A DNA stretch of 64,000 bases from the human T2T-CHM13v2.0 reference genome, Homo sapiens, in assembly GCF_009914755.1 (NCBI RefSeq), contig NC_060927.1; one strand, given 5' to 3'. Position numbers and translations under genes: made by a program. Below the pieces are notes generated by a model that worked only from the letters and a program-made list of their open reading frames with translations, was not told where the DNA came from and did not search any database. Below, piece after piece: positions 54,401 through 64,000 of the stretch (position 1 is the first letter of the stretch; every line of letters starts with the position of its first letter).

Positions 54401-55149
54401 CTGTCATTTTGTAGTCATCACAACATATCAACCCTCAACTTCTTGATGCTCTGACAGCTATCACTGAAAATAAGCAATATGACTGTATTTATTAGTAAAA
54501 GCTAACCCGAATTTTTCTCCTGCTTCTACTGGTAATAAAACATGGTAATAAGTCCAAGACATGGTTGTGAGCCCAGGTATAAAATCCTAACATTGCTACA
54601 TGATCTCCAATCCTCCCTTCTACCTTTAACACACTAAGATTCCATGTAATCAAAGATCAGTGTGGAAGGTCTATGTTGATGAATCATGATGTTAAAATAA
54701 AATTTAACCATAAACAAGAAGAAAATAACAATATGAAAAATACATGATGTTAGTAAAAAATCTTTTTACCTTAGGAGATGGAAGCCCTGTGTACAATGTG
54801 CTGTGTGTACATTTCCCAGATTTTAACTATGCTTGCTGTGCTTTATTTATGAGCCATAAAACAGTAATCCATAAGTGAAGAATGAAACACTCATAGTGCT
54901 GTTTAATGTGATATTTACACTCTTAGAATCAGATGCCCTTTTGTCATCATAATGGGGCATATTATGAAAAAAAAGGGAAGTAAAGACTGAAGAGATTTAC
55001 AGGCAGAATTACCAAAAGTGCTCTGCAAGAGGCTGAAAATCACTATCAGATTAATTGTAATAATAATTAAAAATCTCTAAAAAGCTATGATTATTCACTG
55101 AAAAGAACGAGTATGCTACATAATTTCTTTTTCAGCAAGAATGGACGAC

Positions 55150-55362
55150 AAAATTTGAAGAAAAACAAAAAGTAGGGGGACAAAACAACAGAAAAGGGAG
55201 GAAGGAAGATGGAAAAAGGAGCCAGAAGAAGCAGCAAAGAGTGGAAGATGACAAAAGAGGAAAGAGAAGAAGGAAGGGTGAAGAAGAGGAAGAAAAAAGG
55301 AGGAGATGGAGGACAGAAGTGGCTAAGGAAGATGGAGAGAGAGAGAGAAAGGAAAAGAAAGA
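55150..55362. repeat. Purine-rich (GA) low-complexity tract
   Basis: About 200 nt mostly A/G on the + strand. Confidence 0.85.
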
Positions 55363-55924
55363 ACCTTCCTTTTGACCATGGATATAGAACTCACATTTGC
55401 AGCTATTTCTTCAGCTCCAGTGTTCCTTCATGCAGATTACAACTAAATCTGAGATAAAATGAATCTTAATGTTTCCCCAATGTTCAACCTTCTTACAGAT
55501 GTTAAGATACCATCAGAGAGGGCTACACTATTTAAAATTTAGAGAGAAGGGAAAAAATATAAAAATGCACACATGCATACACACATTTATACCTTATATT
55601 TGACAAGAAAAGAATTTCCATAACTTTATCCCAAGCTGCCGTCACTGTGAAATTATCCATCATCTATGAGGTCATGAAAAAAGGCAGGGATTGTCAAATT
55701 TTCTCATCTCAAGTTATTTCTTCAGATATCAGCTTTGTAACACAGAGCTTCTCCATAACTGTAAATTAAGATGTGTCAGTAGCATCCAAAACAAATGTGA
55801 AATATTTGCTTTTGAGATATCTCTTTGCATTTCAAGGAGAGAGCATAGAAGTGCTCTTTCTCTCTATATCTCACTGCTCCAATAAGACATAGAAGAATCC
55901 CTTGTAGAAAAAAACTAGCAATAG

Positions 55925-56096
<172 letters not shown>

Positions 56097-56904
56097 AGCA
56101 CATTAATTTTCTTTTTGGGAACTGATGCCAGCAGGAGTTAGCTCAGTGAAGGTAAGAAATAAGTTATGAGGGCAACAGGAAGATAACACAGCAAGAGGGC
56201 AATTTAGGATCTTAAATATTTAAAAGTATATGATTTGAAAAATCATACAAGATGTTTTTAATCCTAAGTTCATGTCTACCAGAAGCAAGTATTTCTAAGC
56301 ATATTGTTCTATTCTTCTTCTCCAGATGAATTATTTTTATGATTAACTAAGTATATTCATATATTTATTCCTTAAACAAATATGGTTTAGGGATCTACAA
56401 TACAGATCAAAGCTATAAATGTGATAAACCAAATATAATTCTCCTAGATAATTCATATACAAGGGAGGGACAAAATTTAAGAAACTACATACTAAGAAGA
56501 ATAACAGCTAATGTTTGTGGGTATTTACAATATGTCAGGCAAGTAGGCACTATTTTATTATCCCCATTTTAAGAATAAGAAAACTGTGTCTAAGAGAAAG
56601 TAACTGTTTCCAAATTTGTAAATTCTATTTTAAAAATTGGCACATAAACTCTAATCTTTCACCTGTACTTTCAACTGCTGTGCTACTATATATTTATGTA
56701 AAAGATTTTTATTATCAGAGAACAATCAAGCATTATGTGTGTTTAGATAATAGAGAGAAATTTGCAGCTGGAAGGACCAGAAAAGATTTCATGGAAGAAG
56801 TAGCATTTAAGCCAAGTAAGTTTCAGTTCTTTGAAGATGGAGCACCATGTAAATCATTCCAAGTGAAGCAATTCTATCTACCTCGTGTTTTTAGAATTAC
56901 TCTA

Positions 56905-57189
<285 letters not shown>

Positions 57190-58577
57190 CCACCTCTATT
57201 GGTATAGGAACTCCTGTCATTTCCTCTAAGAAGTGTGTATCAGAATCATCTATAATGAACATCGATGTTCATTTAGAAATTGGGGCTTGTAGCTTTCTCT
57301 CCTTTATCCTCCCCTGCCAACATCCCTGAGCAGAAAATCACATCTCATGGTGAGTCCCTATGGCTGATAGGAACACTCAGGTGTGCTGGGCCTGTGAGGA
57401 GGAGTGCTGCCATAGCTATGCAAAGTGGACCAGAACAGAGAATTGAGTGAAGCTGAAGAGACCATGGCAGAGAGGCAAGCACAGGATAGTGGCAGGAAAT
57501 TTCAGCTGTTAAACATCCACTCCAGCAATGCCAAGCATATTAATCATCCCAACAATTCCTAAGTAGGCATTGTTTTCCGTGCAACATACGGGATCATGCA
57601 GAATCTGAAATGGAATTTGCCCAGGCTTACACAGAGAGTGAGAGGATTTGAATCAAGATGGGTCAAACACCAATACCCAGGGCTTGTACCTCAACAGACT
57701 GTGGTGTCAGTTGCCTCCCTACTGTCCTCACTCCAACCACAGTCTCTGTCAGGTTTTTATAACAAGGGAAGGTGAAAAAGCAAACACATGTTTGCTGTTT
57801 GAAAGAGTATGTCTGTCTTACTTGCAGAATGGCCCGGTAGAATTATTTTGTCAAAAATATACTACCAGTCTCCAGCTTTAGATAAATTATAAAATAATAC
57901 TACTAATAATCAAGTCCATTCTAAAATTGAGAAAGGAAATTAATGAACTAGAGGAGATAGAAAGGATCATAAATGCAGTCAGTGGGCAAAATATTTAGTG
58001 GCAAATACTTAGGGCTAGCCTAAGAAAACCTCACACCCTTCTGGACTTTATTCTCTAAGAACAGTCAAGATTCACTCAAGAAAGCATAACTGCAATAGAA
58101 TAAGGAGTTTATCATAGGAATTAGACCGTAAGCAAGTGTCAGGGGGTCTGGAGGAGGAAAGCTCCAAAAAATGAGAAATTCACTCACCAGCCATGTTGTG
58201 GGTGAAAATGTTCAGACTTCAGAGATCTGGAACCTTAGCATGTTCACATTCTACAGTAAGAAAGTGAATGAGGCTGGTTCTACAGAAGGTTTCTGTTTGC
58301 AATGAGTTCATAGCAAACTGTCTCTGAGTGGGATGGGGTCACAGTTGGTCAAAGAGCCTTCCACATAAAGCAGAGTTGGACTTTCAACAGAATGAATTGC
58401 AATTGCCCCTCTCTCTGTCTCTCACCATCTCTAACCACCAAAGCCCTTCAGAGTTTGATATACGCTGCTCTGTTTCACTTTTGCTTTACAAACTCTCACA
58501 CCAATTCTAATCTAACACCATCCCGGCAGGGGTTGTGGAAAATGTAGTACCAAGAGAGCTAGGGCAACAATGGGGAA

Positions 58578-58801
58578 GAGGCCAGCAAAGTATGTACAGC
58601 CTATGGAACAAATCCATCCCACCTCCTGTTTTTGTAAGCAAAGCTTACCGAAACACAGCTATGCTTATTTACTTATGTATTTTCTGTGGCTTCTTCCATG
58701 CTAGAACAACAGAGTTGAATAGTGGCAACAAGACCAGAAGGCTTACAAAACCTAAAATGTATATTCTATGACCCTTTACAACAACAAATTTGTTGACCCT
58801 A
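58578..58801. mobile_element. MER58A
   Basis: 'cctgtttttgtaagcaaagc...gcttatttactta...cagagttgaatagt...aaacctaaaat...gaccctttaca...ttgaccct'. Confidence 0.8.
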
Positions 58802-59999
58802 CAACAGAATAACCCAGGAGAACCTTCATCACATTTGTAATCATTTATTCAGTGACAGAATTCCCATTTAAATAGTAAGCAGAACTCTTATTGCCCATCT
58901 CTAAGTCCAGAGCTTGGGTCATAGAAGTACTCAGTAAATGTCTCTTAGATCACAAGTCAATTGAGGTATCTATTAGACTTGGGCTCTGACTTGAAGTGGT
59001 AGGAATCTGAACAGGAACCCCCTTGGGGTAGGCACAGTTAAAGTCTAAGCAAGTGGTCAACATGGAGGAATTCTGCCCAGATAGAAGAGCTCCACCCCTC
59101 TCCAGGGATCGGGAACAGGACGCTAGCCCTTTGAAAGAGCAACTGGTGGTGGCAAAATAGAACCCCAATCAAAAAGAGATAAGGATGCTAAACATCTATA
59201 AGGATGCTATAGAGAAAAAAAAAGTTCTTGTTGATAAGGTGACACTTGATCAGAGACCTGCAGGCAGTGAGGGATAAAGCCATGCAAATACCTGGAGATG
59301 AAGCATTCTGGGCAGAGGGACCAACATGTGCAAATAATATAAGAAGCAACTTGTTTGGCAAATTCAGAAATAACCTATTTCTTTAAATATTGATGCTAGG
59401 CTTTAATTTTGAGATAGACATACTTGATGTACTTGCCTAAAGTTAGAATTATGTCCAGATTTGGGGGGGAGAGTAAGGAGATATTGGTTAAATGGCTATA
59501 GGCTTAGAAATTGGGCAATGCCCAATATACTAAAACTAGAATTTATTTGCATAGAATTTCTAACCAAAATGCAAATTTATTCATTTATTTTTAATTTAAT
59601 TTGATTTTAAGTTCCAGGATATATGTGCAGGATGTGCAGGTTTGTTATATAGGTAAATGTGTGCCACGGTGGTTTGCTACACCCATCAACCCATCATCTA
59701 GGTATTAAGCCCCACATGCATGAGCTATTTATCCTGATATTCTCCCTCCCCACACACCTGCCACCCCCAAACAGGCCCCAGTGTGTGTTGTTCCCCTCCC
59801 TGTGCTCTCATTTTTCAGCTCCCACTTATAAGTAAGAACATGTGGTGTTTGCTTTTCTGTTCCTATGTTAGTTTGCTGAGGCTAATGGCTTCCAGCTCCA
59901 TCCGTGTCCCTGCAAAGGACATGATCTCATTCCTTTTTATGGCTGCATAGTATTCCATGTGTATATGTACCATATTTTCTTTATCCAGTCTATCATTGC

Positions 60000-62900
60000 T
60001 GGGCATTTGGGTTGATTCCATGTCTTGGCTATTGTGAATAGTGCTGCAATGAACATACACGTGCATGTATCTTTATAACAGAATGATTTATATTCCTTTG
60101 GGTATATACCCAGTAATGGGATTGCTGGGTCAGGTGGTATTTCTGGTTCTAGGTCTTTGAGGAATCACCACACTAACTTCCACAATGGTTGAATTTCTTT
60201 ACATTCCCTCCAACAGTGTAAAAGTGTTCCTATTTCTCCGTAGCCTCACAAGCATCTGTTGTTTCTTGAGATTTTAATAATCACCATTCCAAATGTCATG
60301 AGATGCTGTCTCATTATGGTTTTCATGTGCATTTCTCTGATGATCAGTGATGTTGAGCTTTTTTTCATATGTTTATTGGCCGCATAAATGTCTTCTATTT
60401 AGAAGTGTCTGTTCACGTTCTTTACCCACTTTTTAATGGGGTTGTTTTTTTCTGGTAAATTTAAGTTCCTTGTAGACCCTGGATATTAGACCTTTGTCAG
60501 ATGGATAGATTGCAAAAATGTCATCCCTTTCTGTAGGCTATCTGTTCACTCTTATGAGAGTTTCTTTTGCTGTGCAGAAGCTCTTTAGTTTAATTGGATC
60601 CTAAATTTTGCTTTTGTTGCAATTGTCTTGATTTTTTCATCATGAAATCTTTGCCTGTACCTATTGTCTATATTGTCTAGATTTTCTTCCATGGTTTTTA
60701 TAGCTTTAGGTTTTACATCCATCTTGAATTAAGCCTTTAATCCATCTTGAGTTAATTTTTGTATAAGGGGTAAGGAAGTGATCCAGTTTCAATTTTCTGC
60801 ATATGGCTAGCCAGTTTTCCCAGCACCATTTATTAAATAGCTTGTTTCATCAGGTTTGTTGAAGATTAGATGGTTGTAGATGTGATTCTTATTTCTGATA
60901 TCTCTATTCCATTCCATTGCTCTATGTGTCTGTTTTTGTACCAGTACCATGCTGTTTCGATTACTCTAGCTTTGTTGTACATTAATAGTTTGAAGTTGGG
61001 TAGCATGATGCCTCCAGCTTTGTTCTTTTTGCTTAGGATTGTCTTGACTATATGGGCTCTTTTTGGGTTCTATATGAATTTTAAAGTAGTTTTTTCTAAT
61101 TCTGTGAAGAATGTCAATAGTAGTTTAGTGGGAAGAGCATTGAATCTATAAATTACTTTGGGCAGTATGGCCATTTTTATGATATTGAGTCTTGCTATCA
61201 ATGAGCATGGAATATTTTTCCATTTGTTTATGTACTCTCTTACTTCTTTGAGCAGTGGTTTGCAGTTCTCCTTGAAGGGGTCCTTCACTTCTCTTGTTAG
61301 TTGTATTCCTAGGTATTTTATTCTCTTTGTAGCAATTGTGAGTAGGAGTTCATTCATGATTTGGCTCTCTGCTTGTCTATTGTTTGTGTATAGGAATGCC
61401 TGTGATTTTTGCACCTTGATTTTGTATCCTGATAATTTGCTGAAGTTGTTCATCAGCTTAAGAAGCTTTTGGGCTAAGACGATGGAGTTTTCTAGATATA
61501 GGATCATGTCATCTGCAAACAGAGACAGGTTGATTTCCTCTCTTCCTATTTGATACCCTTTTTTTCTTTCCCTTGCCTGAGTGCCCTGGCCAGAATTTCC
61601 AATACTGTGTTGAATATGAGTGGTGAGAGAGGGCATCCTTGTCTTGTGCTAGTTTTCAAGGGGAATGCTTCCAGCTTTTGCCCATTCAGTATGATATAAG
61701 CTGTGGGTTTGGCATAAATGGCTCTTATCATTTTGAGGTACGTTCCATCAACACCTAGTTTATTTAGAGTTTTTAATGGAAGGATGTTGAATTTTATTGA
61801 AGGCCTTTTCTACATTTATTTAAATAATCATGTGGTTTTTCCCTTTATTTCTGTTTATGTGATGAAGTATGTTTATTGATTTGCCTATGTTAAACCAGCC
61901 TTGCAGCCTGGGGATGAAGCCGACTTGATTGTGGTGGATAAGCTTTCTGATGTGCTGGATTCAGTTTGCCAGTATTTTATTGAGGATTTTTGCATTGATA
62001 TTCATCAGTGATACTGGCCTAAAGTTTTCTTTTTATGTTGTATCTCTGCCAGGTTTTGGTATTAGAATGATGCTGGCCTCAAAAAATGAGTTAAGGAGGA
62101 GTCTTTCCTTTTCATTATTTGGACTACTTTTAATTATTTTGAATAGTTTCAGAAGAAATGGTTTATAGTATTCTCTGATGGTTGTTTGTATTTCTGCGGA
62201 GTCAATGGTGATTTCCCCTTTATCGTTTTTTATTGTTTCTATATGATTCCTCTCTCTTTTTTCTTCTTTATTAGTCTAGCTAGCAGTCTATCTATTTTAT
62301 TAATTTTCTCAAAAACCCAGGTCCTGGATTCATTGATTTTTTGAAGAGTTTTTCGTGTCTCTATCTCCTTCAATTCCACTCTGATCTTGGTTATTTCTTG
62401 TCTTCTGCTAGCTTTGGGGTTTATTTTGGGGTTTGTTTTCTCTTAGTTTTAGTTGTGATGTTATGGTGTCGATTTGAGATATTTCTAGCTTTTTGATGTG
62501 GGAATTTAGTGCTATAAAGTTCCCTGTTAACACTGATTTAGCTGTGTCCCAGAGATTCTAGCATGTTGTCTCTTTTTTCTTATTGGTTTCAAAGAACTTC
62601 TTTATTTCTGCCTTAATTTTTTATTTACCCAGGAGTCATTCAGGAACAGGTTGTTAAATTTCCATGTAGTTGTGTGCTTTGAGTGAATTTCTTAATCTTG
62701 AGTTCTAATATAATTGTGCTGTGGTCTGAGATACTGTTATAATTTCAGCTCTCCCACATTTGCTAAATAGTGTTTTACTTCCAATTATGTGATAATTTTT
62801 AGAGTAAGTGCCATGTGGTGCCAAGAAGAATGTATATGCTGTCTTTTTGGTTGCAGAGTTCTGTAGATATCTATCAGGTTCACTTGATCCAGAGCTGAGT

Positions 62901-63407
62901 TCAAGTCCTGAAAAACCTTGTTAATTTTCTGTCTCAATGATCTCTCTAATATTGACAATGGGTTGTTAAAGTCTCCCACTATTATTGTGTGGGAGTTTAA
63001 GTCTCTCTGTGGGTCTCTAAGAACTTGTTTTATGAATCTGGGTGCTCCTATATTGGGTGTATATATATTTAGAATAGTTAGCTCTTCTTGTTGAGTTGAT
63101 TTCTTTACCATTATGTAATGCCTTTCTTTGTCTTTTTTCATCTTTATTGGCTTAAGTTTGTTTTTTCAGAAAGTAGGACTGCAACCCCTTCTTTTGTCTG
63201 CTTCCCGTTTGCTTGGTAAATTTTCCTCCATCCCTTTACTTTGAGCCTATGTGTGTCTTTGCACATGAGATGGTTCTCTTGAATACAGCACACTGATGGG
63301 TCAAGACTCTTTACCCAGCTTGCTATCCTGTGTCTTTTATTTGGAGCATTTAGCCCATTTACATTTAAGGTTAATATTGTTATATGTGAATTTGATCCTG
63401 TCATCAT
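60000..63407 (-). pseudogene. Disrupted L1 ORF2 (endonuclease/reverse transcriptase)
   Basis: Frameshifted pieces at 63144-63407, 62785-63141, 61546-61731 and 61070-61636 (FADD motif); multiple stops and deletions. Confidence 0.9.
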
Positions 63408-63446
63408 GATGCTAGCTGGTTATTTTGCAGACTTGATATAGATGCT

Positions 63447-64000
63447 TCACAGTGTCATTGCTCTTTGTACTTCAGTGTGTTTTTGCAGGGGCTGGTAACA
63501 GTTTTTCCTTTCCATATTTAGTGCTTCCTTTAGGAGTTCTTGTAAGGCAGGGCTAGTGGTGATGAATTCCTCCAGCATTTCTTTGTCTGAAAAGGATTTC
63601 ATTTCTCCTTCACTTATGAAGCTTAGTTTAGCTGGATATGAAATTCTGGGTTGAAAAATGTTATCTTTAAGAATATTGAATATTGGCCCCAATCTCTTCT
63701 GGCTTGTAGGGTTTCTGCTGAGAGGTACGCTGTTAGTCTGATGGGCTTCTCTTTGTAGGTGACCTGGCCTTTCTCTCTGGCTGCCCTTAACACTTTTTTC
63801 TTCATTTCAACCTTGGAGAGTCTGAAGATTATGTGTATGGGGTTGATCTTCTCATGGAGTATCTTACTGGGGTTCTCTGGATTTCCTGAATTTGAATGTT
63901 GGGCTGTCTTGCTAGGTTGGGGAAGTTCTCTTGGATGGTATCCTGAAGTATGTTTCCCAACTTGGTTCCATCCACCCCGTCTCTTTCAGATATCCCAGTC
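63447..64000 (-). pseudogene. Disrupted L1 ORF1 C-terminal part
   Basis: Frameshifted ORFs 63623-63805 and 63447-63692 match the ORF1p CTD (LQELLKEALNMERKN). Confidence 0.88.

Larger units (their letters stand above)
59577..64000 (-). mobile_element. Long L1PA (about L1PA10-13) running off the window; 3'UTR, broken ORF2 and ORF1 end
   Basis: 3' end 'ttttaagttccaggatatatgtgcagg'; translated fragments are recognisable ORF2p ([36 protein letters not shown]) and ORF1p (GQVTYKEKPIRLTA, FQPRISYPAKLSF). Confidence 0.97.

Noticed and set aside
59577-64000. Active L1
   Set aside because: ORF1 and ORF2 are broken by many frameshifts, stops and deletions; old subfamily.

Overview
AT-rich primate (very probably human) non-coding DNA, intronic or intergenic, roughly half made of decayed transposable elements: Alu J/S/Y, L1PA and L1M LINEs, L2, MIR, MaLR/ERVL LTRs (MLT1, MLT2, THE1D, a complete MST provirus) and DNA transposon fossils (MER5, MER44, MER47, MER58, MER63). 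No host protein-coding gene, RNA gene or CpG island can be supported. The supplied ORFs are repeat-derived or chance ORFs, apart from broken L1 ORF1/ORF2 remnants at 61-64 kb. The most striking structure is a perfect 264-bp inverted duplication (39338-39601 / 41499-41762, 1,897-bp spacer). Its second copy was pasted into an old MLT2 LTR just downstream of the predicted LTR promoter, so it could template a long-hairpin RNA or an invertible segment. Several smaller scars are also visible: a patchwork of short inverted copies in an L1, a captured MER21 fragment, an internally deleted L1 with intact TSD, and tail-less Alus. Repeat subfamily names come from recalled consensus sequences, and boundaries of the old elements are approximate.
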